A program made the translations under genes and the position numbers. The notes beneath the pieces were generated by a model. It saw nothing but the letters and a program-made list of their open reading frames with translations. It was not told the origin of the DNA and made no database searches. From the IMG/VR virus record IMGVR_UViG_3300020596_000029, positions 1 to 52,887 of that record: DNA of 52,887 nucleotides. The stretch is one strand, 5' to 3'. Below, piece by piece: positions 45,414 to 52,887 of this stretch. Every line of letters begins with the position of its first letter. Positions within the stretch are counted from its first letter, which is position 1. Source of the DNA: a virus. Taxonomy: Duplodnaviria > Caudoviricetes.

Positions 45414-45820
45414 ACGAGATCGAGAAGGTCGGCAAGCAGGGATTGGCTTGGAATGGGCGGCGCATCAAGAGTACCGACGATGAGATTAGTCGGATTCTTG
45501 GCCCAATGTTTGTTCTGTTTTCGCAAGCCAAAATTACGGAAGAAATGGTCGCCGTTTACGTGATGATGCTGCGCGACATTGAGCCGCAAGCGTTGGCAGC
45601 GGCGGTACTCAAGGCAATGAACGCGTGCAAGTTTCTGCCTACTGTTGCCGAGATTCGCGAGCAGTTGGGCGCACGGGTGCCAGGCCCAAGCAGCGACGTT
45701 GATTTGACCAAACTCAAGCCAGTACCTAGCAAAATGTTTCACCTTGACCCAGACGAGGATAGACGGCAGCGTATGGCGCAATTGCGACGCACCGAGAAAT
45801 GGAACCGCTACTATGCGTGA
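45410..45820 (+). CDS. Helicase loader/inhibitor-like protein
   Basis: Follows the initiator; KFLPTVAEIRE motif. Confidence 0.65.
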   Translation: MNEIEKVGKQGLAWNGRRIKSTDDEISRILGPMFVLFSQAKITEEMVAVYVMMLRDIEPQALAAAVLKAMNACKFLPTVAEIREQLGARVPGPSSDVDLTKLKPVPSKMFHLDPDEDRRQRMAQLRRTEKWNRYYA

Positions 45821-46202
45821 CATTCACGGACGTTATCCCGATGTTTTGACAATTGCTACGAGTGGCCCCGCCTGGGCGAAGGGGTGCGATGCCTGCAAGT
45901 ATGGCATCGTTGCGTCACCCGAAGTCACCGGAGCCGTTGAGTTCTACCTAGAGCGCGTCGTGCAAGCCGTTGACGGCGATCTCACCTTCTGCACCTGCAA
46001 GGCGGGGCAAAGATACCGCGTGTCGCTGCTGAACCGTCACCGCAAGCTACTTGCGGATGCCAAAAAGGATGGGCGCATGACTGAGGCGGTAAGCAACAAG
46101 TCGCATCCGGACATTGAAAATGCGCGCGCGGCCATGTTGGAAAGCCACGGCAAACTGAACAAAGAACCCACGATCCATTTTGAGAAGAGTGCGCCGGCAT
46201 GA
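45813..46202 (+). CDS. Zn-binding hypothetical protein
   Basis: CDAC..G...FCTC.AG motif. Confidence 0.6.
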   Translation: MRDIHGRYPDVLTIATSGPAWAKGCDACKYGIVASPEVTGAVEFYLERVVQAVDGDLTFCTCKAGQRYRVSLLNRHRKLLADAKKDGRMTEAVSNKSHPDIENARAAMLESHGKLNKEPTIHFEKSAPA

Positions 46203-46396
46203 GCGACACAAAAATCAGAACGCTTACTGCGCTCACGGGTACGCCAGTGACGAAAATGACCATCGTGCAGCTTTTGCGCGGCATGGCGACGGTCTGCCTG
46301 TTGCCGCCTGATTCGGAGTCGGTTGACCGTGCGGCTGTGTTTTCCAGCATAATGCTTGAGGCGGCGCGGCGCGACGGGGACAAGGTGACGCCGTGA
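46199..46396 (+). CDS. Hypothetical protein
   Basis: 4-nt overlaps with neighbours. Confidence 0.5.
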   Translation: MSDTKIRTLTALTGTPVTKMTIVQLLRGMATVCLLPPDSESVDRAAVFSSIMLEAARRDGDKVTP

Positions 46397-46593
46397 GCAT
46401 TATCTACCGCGACGTTGTGCAGTACGATTATGAGCTAGATGAGCTAGACCCGCGTGTCATCCTGGTCAAGCGCGAGGGACAGGACGCCTACTGGCGCATG
46501 TGGGGAACGTTCAGTACGCCTCGCCAGGCACGGCGCGTTCTGGGGCTGCTCAGGCAAGGCACGCAAACAGAGCAAGGGGAGGTGCGGCCGTGA
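46393..46593 (+). CDS. Hypothetical protein
   Basis: 4-nt overlaps with neighbours. Confidence 0.55.
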   Translation: MSIIYRDVVQYDYELDELDPRVILVKREGQDAYWRMWGTFSTPRQARRVLGLLRQGTQTEQGEVRP

Positions 46594-47072
46594 GCAAGTT
46601 CAGCGAGCGAGAATTGACGACGCTGTTACGTGCCAACCCCGAAATTGTCATAGACGGCACGGCACCGGTGCAGCGACTGGTCGAGGCTGTCACGCCTGCC
46701 AAACGCGCAGAGCCGGAGCATCTTATGCAAATTGCAATCATCGCAGAATGCGGCAGACGTGCCGAGCATGACCCGCGGTATAGACTTTTGCTAGCAATTC
46801 CCAATGGAGGCCATCGCAGCAAGCGCACGGCGGGCAAGCTCAAGGCGGAAGGAGTGCGAGCCGGAGTGCCAGATTTATTTTTACCCGTCGCAGCGCATGG
46901 GATGCACGGAATTTGGCTCGAACTCAAGTGCGAAAAAAACAAGCCATCCGTCGCCCAAGCTGCCTGGGCGAAGGCACTCAGGGAACAGGGCTATTGTGTT
47001 GAGGTGGTCTATGACCACCCGCAGCACGCGCTTAATTTGATTGCGTGGTATCTGTCGGGGGGCCAGCAATGA
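46590..47072 (+). CDS. VRR-NUC nuclease
   Basis: IPNGG.R..LKAEGV.AGVPDL..LELK..Q..W...L..QGY. Confidence 0.9.
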   Translation: MSKFSERELTTLLRANPEIVIDGTAPVQRLVEAVTPAKRAEPEHLMQIAIIAECGRRAEHDPRYRLLLAIPNGGHRSKRTAGKLKAEGVRAGVPDLFLPVAAHGMHGIWLELKCEKNKPSVAQAAWAKALREQGYCVEVVYDHPQHALNLIAWYLSGGQQ

Positions 47073-47755
47073 GCATCTACGAAACGACTAGCGGCAGAGC
47101 ATTTGCCAACGACCCAGATTTCGACGGCATGACAGGCCGCGTGACCTATCAGCGCACCGTCACGGGCATGACGCTGGATGGTTGGAAAGTGCGGAACACA
47201 ATCAGCTATGTGGACATCGGCAGAGCCGCGCACGTTGACGCCGTTGACCCGGAGGCGGCCCTTGTGCCTGAGAGATTCCCCTATGCCACCGCCACCGCCA
47301 CCGCCTTAGCAGATGGCAAGCGTAAAGCGGCTGCCGAGCGCGTCATTACATTGCGTGGGCAGGTGGAGGCGTGTTTGCGTGAGCATGGGCCGCAATCGGC
47401 TTATGCCATTGCCACGAAGCTGGAAGATGGCGGAAAGCGGCGCGTTCTGGACTGTTTGCGCCGCTTTCCGGATCGCTTTTTTTTCCACGGCGGGCAATTC
47501 CAGATTTGGAGTCTGATTGGGCAGGAATGGACGCCGCCCCAAGTTAAGAAAATTAGCAACACCATGCGCGCCATTCGCGCCGCGCTGGAAGAGCATGGGC
47601 CACAGACAGTGGGCGATTTAGCCAAACGGCTAGGCACTTACCAGTCCACCGTGCAAAAGAGCATGGCGCGCCATGCTGAGTGGTTTCGTGTGGTCGAGAT
47701 ACGCAAAGGTGTTGGCAACGCGCCGAATACAAGGGTGTGGGGATTGGCCGCATGA
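47069..47755 (+). CDS. Protein with tandem winged-HTH domains
   Basis: Two L.EHGPQ...(I/L)A..L repeats. Confidence 0.65.
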   Translation: MSIYETTSGRAFANDPDFDGMTGRVTYQRTVTGMTLDGWKVRNTISYVDIGRAAHVDAVDPEAALVPERFPYATATATALADGKRKAAAERVITLRGQVEACLREHGPQSAYAIATKLEDGGKRRVLDCLRRFPDRFFFHGGQFQIWSLIGQEWTPPQVKKISNTMRAIRAALEEHGPQTVGDLAKRLGTYQSTVQKSMARHAEWFRVVEIRKGVGNAPNTRVWGLAA

Positions 47756-48009
47756 GATACGCGCTCAAGCTCACCAGCCGTCAACGCGTCGTGCGCTTTA
47801 TTCAAACATTTTGGTCTGAGTTCCACTACGCTCCTACTGTACAGGAGGTTGCCAACGGGCTTGGCCTCGGCAGCCGCAATGCTGCGATCTACCATATCAG
47901 AGCATTGCGTGCGCTAGGAACTGTCGAGTGGACAGAGGGCGACAACAGAACAATCAAGCTAAAGGAGGTTAAGCCGTGGCGAATTGGGACAACGAATCTA
48001 CAAAAGTAG
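47752..48009 (+). CDS. LexA-type DNA-binding domain only
   Basis: LT.RQ.V..FI....YAPTVQEVA..LGL.S..A..YHI.AL...G; no peptidase domain. Confidence 0.8.
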   Translation: MRYALKLTSRQRVVRFIQTFWSEFHYAPTVQEVANGLGLGSRNAAIYHIRALRALGTVEWTEGDNRTIKLKEVKPWRIGTTNLQK

Positions 48010-48185
48010 TTCAGGAGGATATGCAAGCCATTTTCGACAGGGGCATGGTCGAAGGCTATGAGTACACAGGACGCTTCAACCCCGACTTTTTCAGCAAGCC
48101 GTACTACCTGCTTAAGCCTAGCGAGCGCGGCTTTATTTTTGGCTATGAGGTGCGGAAATTAGAGAGGGAGGAGGAATCCTCATGA
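47976..48185 (+). CDS. Hypothetical protein
   Basis: AAGGAGG RBS. Confidence 0.6.
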   Translation: MANWDNESTKVVQEDMQAIFDRGMVEGYEYTGRFNPDFFSKPYYLLKPSERGFIFGYEVRKLEREEESS

Positions 48186-48661
48186 GGCACAGTTGGGACG
48201 AGGGCGATATGTTCATGGGTACAATCGTTAGCGAGTGCCTGGCCTGTGGTGGCTATCGCACTCGAAAACGCTTGGCGAATGTTGACTTTATCAACACGGG
48301 TACAATTTCCATCGACATGGTGGGCAAAACAAATAAGGGATGGACACTTGACGAAGGTACGCCACGTAGTTGCCCTGGCAAAAGAATTGAGGTCAAGCGC
48401 ATGAGTGACATGACTGTTTACAGCCACAGAAATGGTGAATCGGACGAACCAAAAGTAGCAGGATGGTATTGGTTTGACGGCGTCACATTATTTCCACCGC
48501 AAGAATATATAAAACGGCCCGTTCTGGTTGAACGAGAAGATGATGAGCTAGGTTCTAAATATTGGTATGGTGCAACTGAGGACGCGGACGATGCGTGCGC
48601 TGATGGCTGGCTAGAAGGCCACTGGTGGGGGCCAGTTCATGCCCCCTGGGTGAGCGCATGA
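48182..48661 (+). CDS. Hypothetical protein
   Basis: Overlapping gene chain. Confidence 0.55.
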   Translation: MRHSWDEGDMFMGTIVSECLACGGYRTRKRLANVDFINTGTISIDMVGKTNKGWTLDEGTPRSCPGKRIEVKRMSDMTVYSHRNGESDEPKVAGWYWFDGVTLFPPQEYIKRPVLVEREDDELGSKYWYGATEDADDACADGWLEGHWWGPVHAPWVSA

Positions 48662-48927
48662 GCGACACAATCACACCTGGCCCGTGGCACGCGTGCAAAG
48701 AGGGGCATTGCCCGTGCGGCATGATCTGGGCAGCAGACGGCAACACGCAAATAGGCGTGGTCTATGGGCCGTCACACGCGGGCGACGGTTGCGAGACAGG
48801 GCCAGAGTTCGTGCCGAGACGCGCAGAACAAATCGCTAACGCCAAACTGATTGCGAGCGCGCCCACGATGGCCGCACGTATTGTAGAACTAGAGCAGCAG
48901 TTGAGCGAATTTTTAGGCGAATTATGA
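48658..48927 (+). CDS. Hypothetical phage protein (TPGPW...ANA.LIA.AP family)
   Basis: Common phage motif. Confidence 0.7.
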   Translation: MSDTITPGPWHACKEGHCPCGMIWAADGNTQIGVVYGPSHAGDGCETGPEFVPRRAEQIANAKLIASAPTMAARIVELEQQLSEFLGEL

Positions 48928-49211
48928 GCCAGCCCGCAAACTATTTTTCCCACGCTACGGCGCGACCTATCCTGTGCCTGCTCGTGGACGATTACGTTTT
49001 CGAGGTAGGCGAGCCGAATTGCAAGCCGCGCACGCGCTATCATGGCGTGTTCGTGCCACTGGGTGAGGAAAAGCCTACCCTGTCCGCATTTTATGACGAG
49101 GTGTGCGACCGCGCCGAACAGAACATGGCAAGCACAGGCACAGTTAGCGGCGCACACTGGAATGCAATGCGTGTCATTCTGGCGGCAAAAGGCATTGAGG
49201 TGACGAGGTGA
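48924..49211 (+). CDS. Hypothetical protein
   Basis: Overlapping gene chain. Confidence 0.55.
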   Translation: MSQPANYFSHATARPILCLLVDDYVFEVGEPNCKPRTRYHGVFVPLGEEKPTLSAFYDEVCDRAEQNMASTGTVSGAHWNAMRVILAAKGIEVTR

Positions 49212-49214
49212 GAG

Positions 49215-49478
49215 ATGCCGACTGAAAAGTCTATTGAAGCGCGAACGATGATAACAAGGCTTTACTGCGATTGCGGCGGCGAAATGTTGCCCACGGGCCT
49301 GGCATTGACTAGCTATCCGCCACAGTACCCGCACCGTTGCCAGTTGTGCGAAAAACAAACGACGCGCATTGATGTTTACCCGCGGGTCGAATATGCGCCG
49401 GTCGAGAGTGTATCCAACCTTGAGGCAGAGGTAGCGCGACAGCGGGCGCGGCTGGATGTAATGGAGGGCGGCAAGTGA
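49215..49478 (+). CDS. Zn-ribbon protein
   Basis: CDCGGEM...L.SYPPQYPHRC..C motif. Confidence 0.7.
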   Translation: MPTEKSIEARTMITRLYCDCGGEMLPTGLALTSYPPQYPHRCQLCEKQTTRIDVYPRVEYAPVESVSNLEAEVARQRARLDVMEGGK

Positions 49479-49528
49479 AAAGCCTATTGCTAAAGCGGGG
49501 TTTATCGTGTACTATGGAGGTAGAGCGC

Positions 49529-49732
49529 ATGGACGCAACATCGGAGATTGACGCAATCTTACAGCAGGTACAGAGCGAGTTGCAGGCAATGCTCGCACAC
49601 GGCGAGACTGGGGCTGTCACCGTGTACGTCGGCGGACACCAGTTGCAGCTTGAGGCGCATGTCAAGCGCAAGCTGGAGCCGGTGCGACTTGTCAAGCGGC
49701 ACATGCCATTCATTACACGTGTCGAAGAGTAG
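49529..49732 (+). CDS. Small hypothetical protein before the late leader
   Basis: GGAGG RBS. Confidence 0.55.
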   Translation: MDATSEIDAILQQVQSELQAMLAHGETGAVTVYVGGHQLQLEAHVKRKLEPVRLVKRHMPFITRVEE

Positions 49733-49781
49733 CACGTAGTCTGTACAGCACAACCACAAAACAATAGGCCGCTCATTTATT

Positions 49782-49825
49782 GGGGGTCAAGCCGGAAATC
49801 CGTTTCCGCTTGGCTCCCTTTTTTT
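49782..49825 (+). terminator. Intrinsic terminator or attenuator ahead of the lysis/late genes
   Basis: GGGGGTCAAGC-CGGAAA-TCCG-TTTCCG-CTTGGCTCCC followed by T7. Confidence 0.75.
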
Positions 49826-49847
49826 GTTGGCACAACGAAAGAACATT

Positions 49848-50375
49848 TTGGCAACCAAACCTATTCCCGAAGTCAAAGTCGTCGCAATTGAACCAAAATT
49901 GGTGACGGACATTGCAGCGACGCTGACAACGCCAGGTGCGACGCCAAAGGGTGAGCCGCCGCCGACAATACCGACGACGCTTCTGTCGGAACTGTCAACG
50001 GCTATACCCCTACCCATTCCCGTCACCGCGCCGGAACCGCTACCCGTGACCGTAGTGGACAGCGCGCCCGTGCCGCCTCCCGTGCTGGTCACGAAAGGCG
50101 ACGGGGTGACACTCCAGCCGACCACGACGGAGCAAGCTGATAAAGTTGTCGAGCGTCAGTCCAGGGTTTCGATGTTGTGGGAAATTTCTCAAGCCACTAT
50201 CAGCATTTCAATCACCTTTGCGGTGATTTACTGTGCGATCAATAAAATTCAATCTAGCATGATAGAGAATGCTTTCTTTCTTCTGGCAGCTTTCTACTTC
50301 CATAGAACCAACGCGACCGCCATAGGTGGCACGGGAGCGAAGGCGAATGAACAGTACAATGGCAGGATGCTGTAG
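49848..50375 (+). CDS. Pro-rich protein with two C-terminal TM segments (holin-like)
   Basis: Hydrophobic C-terminus; start uncertain. Confidence 0.55.
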   Translation: MATKPIPEVKVVAIEPKLVTDIAATLTTPGATPKGEPPPTIPTTLLSELSTAIPLPIPVTAPEPLPVTVVDSAPVPPPVLVTKGDGVTLQPTTTEQADKVVERQSRVSMLWEISQATISISITFAVIYCAINKIQSSMIENAFFLLAAFYFHRTNATAIGGTGAKANEQYNGRML

Positions 50376-50382
50376 GCAGGAG

Positions 50383-51042
50383 TTAAATGTGTTTCCAAGT
50401 CTTTCGATGTACAACAGCCCAAACACTTTGCGATGTAACCCCGTAGCATCTGGCGATGTCTTTTTGGGGTTCGCCCTTATCGTGCCTGGCACGAATCTCA
50501 AGAACTTTTTCGGCGGTGAGCTTGGCAAGATGTTGACGCTCGCCTTTTGCATTTCGTGTGTGGTCGGCTCTGTCCTTTGCGTACATATCGTCCACGTTCT
50601 CCTGTTGCGTACCAGGCAACAAATGCGCGGGATTCGTGCAATTTCTCACGTCACAGCGATGGAGAACTTGCAATCCGTTTGGGATAGGGCCATGCGTAAT
50701 TTCCCATGCAATGCGATGAGCCAAGTTGCTTCCTGTTCCGAAGGACGTAAAGTGTCCATAGCCGTTGACCATTGTGTGGCCAGTCCACAGCCAACACGCA
50801 GTTCTGAGAACGGGATGGATGGGGCCGTTCTTGTCCACCCTATCCCAGAAGCGTTGCTCATAGGGACGGCGGATGCTATGCCCAGACATAAAGCGTTGGG
50901 GCTGACCCTTGACATGGTTCCATTCGGGGCGTGTGCGCTTGGCTATCGTCGTCTTTTGCCCGCAGCCACATTTGCAGCAACCGTATTCAATTTCGTTAAA
51001 AGTAAGTTGGGGTTGCACAAATTCTGGGGTATGCTTGCTCAT
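50383..51042 (-). CDS. Free-standing HNH homing endonuclease
   Basis: AGGAGG RBS. CKCGCG, CWLWTG..GYG..AHR.AW..V.H.CD...C.NP.HL..GT..EN motifs; C-terminal HTH. Confidence 0.9.
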   Translation of the reverse strand: MSKHTPEFVQPQLTFNEIEYGCCKCGCGQKTTIAKRTRPEWNHVKGQPQRFMSGHSIRRPYEQRFWDRVDKNGPIHPVLRTACWLWTGHTMVNGYGHFTSFGTGSNLAHRIAWEITHGPIPNGLQVLHRCDVRNCTNPAHLLPGTQQENVDDMYAKDRADHTRNAKGERQHLAKLTAEKVLEIRARHDKGEPQKDIARCYGVTSQSVWAVVHRKTWKHI

Positions 51043-51173
51043 GCTGATTACCTCCTATTAGGTATCGGCCAAGCCAGGGACACTGTCGAGGTGTCGCCTG
51101 GTATTTTCGCGTGTTCGTACACGAGTAGTATAGCACATTTGAGCGCAAAATCCTATAAGGCAGGCCGCATATT

Positions 51174-51299
51174 ATGAGCCAGTCTACAAAAGATTGGCTC
51201 TTGGCCGTGCTGTTTATATTTGCCCTAGCCATCCTCATCATCGTCGTACAGCAATTTTTGCAACTGAACGATTTGTCGCAATGGGTGTACAGGCAGTAG
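51174..51299 (+). CDS. 41-aa single-TM peptide (absent from the ORF track)
   Basis: MSQSTKDWLLAVLFIFALAILIIVVQQF... Confidence 0.55.
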   Translation: MSQSTKDWLLAVLFIFALAILIIVVQQFLQLNDLSQWVYRQ

Positions 51300-51327
51300 A
51301 GGCCGTTAGGCCGCGAAGGAGCATAAC

Positions 51328-51501
51328 TTGGGCGACCCTATTTCATTACTCATTTATCTGCTGGTACTTGTTCTCGTCTGCTACGTCCTTTTTTGGATAC
51401 TCGGCCAGATTCCCATGCCGCAGCCGGTGCGCGTGGTCGTGACCGGCGTGATTGCGCTGATTGCGTTGGTGTACCTACTCAGGCAAGCGGGATTGCTGTA
51501 G
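51328..51501 (+). CDS. 57-aa two-TM protein (absent from the ORF track)
   Basis: AAGGAG RBS, TTG start. ISLLIYLLVLVLVCYVLFWILGQIPMPQPVRVVVTGVIALIALVYLL. Confidence 0.7.
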   Translation: MGDPISLLIYLLVLVLVCYVLFWILGQIPMPQPVRVVVTGVIALIALVYLLRQAGLL

Positions 51502-51504
51502 ACA

Positions 51505-51822
51505 ATGGATGATATGAGTTTTATTCAATGGCTTGTCGCCCAGACAGGCCTAACGGGAATTGCGGCACTCTCGATGTGGATCATGAAGACGATGAATGAA
51601 CAGGCAGTTGTACGACGGACTGAGGATATGAACAGAGAACTAGCGCGGCATGAGGAGTCGCTTTCTCGCGAGCGCGAAAACTCCGAAATTCACCGTGAGG
51701 ACAAGCGTACGCTGCTTGACGTGGTGCGCGCCAATACTGATAGCAACGCGCGCCTGACGACGATTATCGCGAGTTTCGACCGGCACATTTACCCCGGGGG
51801 GAATGGAGAAAAGCGATCATGA
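51505..51822 (+). CDS. TM plus coiled-coil lysis-cassette protein
   Basis: N-terminal hydrophobic segment and charged helix. Confidence 0.65.
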   Translation: MDDMSFIQWLVAQTGLTGIAALSMWIMKTMNEQAVVRRTEDMNRELARHEESLSRERENSEIHREDKRTLLDVVRANTDSNARLTTIIASFDRHIYPGGNGEKRS

Positions 51823-52118
51823 ATGAAAGCAAACTAATTTGGGTCTTACAAAGCAGAAAATTCTGGGCGGCGGTCATTGGCCTTGTTGCTATCTTTTACA
51901 CAGCATGGCAGAGCGGCGGCGGCGTAGACCCTGACACGTTAGTCAATGCCATTCTAGGCATCGTTGCAGCATTTATGACCGCAACTGCGCTTGAGGATGG
52001 CTTGAGCAATCGCAACGCGACGACCACGACGTTGAGTACGCCGAGTGATAGCGTGCAGATACGCACAGGCGATAGCACCACAACCACGCAGCCGATAACG
52101 GGCGGGAGCAAGCCGTAA
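51819..52118 (+). CDS. Holin
   Basis: SRKFWAA motif, two TM segments, directly before the endolysin. Confidence 0.8.
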   Translation: MNESKLIWVLQSRKFWAAVIGLVAIFYTAWQSGGGVDPDTLVNAILGIVAAFMTATALEDGLSNRNATTTTLSTPSDSVQIRTGDSTTTTQPITGGSKP

Positions 52119-52120
52119 GC

Positions 52121-52887
52121 ATGAAAAGTCTGCTTTACGGCCTGCATGACATAGAAGCCGCCCCCCATGTTCCGCGGGGGGGATGGTGCGTTGACGTGGT
52201 TGCCCTGTCTGAGAATCCGCAACCTACTGACTATACAGCCCTAAGAGCCGATGTGAATTGGATAGTTAGATTGTCGTGGGGCTACGGCTCGACAGGCACA
52301 ATTCCGATGCCAAGTGGCTATCAGAACTTCGCGAACGCCTGCGCCAACTATGTAGCCAAGAGCCAGGGTGCAAACATTTGGATCATCGCTAACGAGCCTA
52401 ACGGCGAATGGGAGCGGCCTCACGGCACTTACATCACGCCTGCAATGTATGCAGAGTGTTTCGCCAAGTGCCGCAACGCTATCAAGCGCGGCAATCCCAA
52501 CGCTCGCGTCATCCCCGCACCGTGCGCGCCCTACCATGCTAGCCCGTCAAACTGGCTAGACTATTGGCGCGACATGCTTGGCTATATCGCGGCGAATGGC
52601 GGCTGTGACGGTATCGCCGTACACGCCTACGTGCGGTCTAGCAACCCTGCGGATATTGACAGCGGTGCCAAGATGGGGCCGCCGCTCGAAAAAACATACA
52701 GCGGCTTTCGCACCTACGAAGACGCGCTGGACGCTGTGCCGATGGCGCTCGGCAACTTGCCAGTATACGTTACGGAGTTCAATGAGTTGCTTGACGGTGG
52801 ATGGGATGACCGCAATACAGGCGTGGTGCAGGCGGCATACGAAAATGTCAACGAGTGGAACAGCCGGTCGGATAGGGAAGACCGCTT
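52121..52887 (+). CDS. Endolysin, N-terminal part (runs off the end and continues at the window start)
   Basis: MKSLLYGLHD..WIIANEPN..AVHAY..YVTEF; no stop codon. Confidence 0.85.
   Translation, partial: MKSLLYGLHDIEAAPHVPRGGWCVDVVALSENPQPTDYTALRADVNWIVRLSWGYGSTGTIPMPSGYQNFANACANYVAKSQGANIWIIANEPNGEWERPHGTYITPAMYAECFAKCRNAIKRGNPNARVIPAPCAPYHASPSNWLDYWRDMLGYIAANGGCDGIAVHAYVRSSNPADIDSGAKMGPPLEKTYSGFRTYEDALDAVPMALGNLPVYVTEFNELLDGGWDDRNTGVVQAAYENVNEWNSRSDREDR
52447..52887. repeat. Terminal direct repeat, copy 2
   Basis: See 1-441. Confidence 0.95.

Noticed and set aside
50326-51177. 283-aa plus-strand ORF
   Set aside because: Shadow of the minus-strand HNH gene, which has clear motifs and an RBS.
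1-52887. Alternative genetic code
   Set aside because: Core genes are full length under the standard code, and TAA, TAG and TGA all serve as stops.

Overview
The window is an essentially complete, circularly closing tailed dsDNA phage genome with siphovirus-like organisation. The unit length is about 52,446 bp: bases 1-441 repeat imperfectly at 52447-52887, and the endolysin gene spans the junction. Gene order: endolysin, an accessory block (DUF1996, repeat protein, CAP), DNA modification genes (ParB-like, Mom-like, ParB-methyltransferase), terminase, portal, MuF-ADP-ribosyltransferase toxin with candidate immunity gene, head, tail (with -1 frameshift chaperone), a leftward early region (ERF recombinase, many small ORFs), a rightward replication region (HNH-helicase, initiator with iterons, VRR-NUC) and holins. 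I recognised no integrase or CI-type repressor. A Chloroflexota host is a weak inference. The three most notable signals are: (1) a complete tRNA-Gly-like cloverleaf that keeps GlyRS identity elements, embedded in the 3' end of the mom-like gene; (2) two type III hammerhead ribozymes, each fused to a covarying pseudoknot, bracketing one early gene; (3) two pairs of exact direct repeats that could make the Mom and methyltransferase cassettes mutually excisable. All family assignments come from motif recognition by eye, not database searches.
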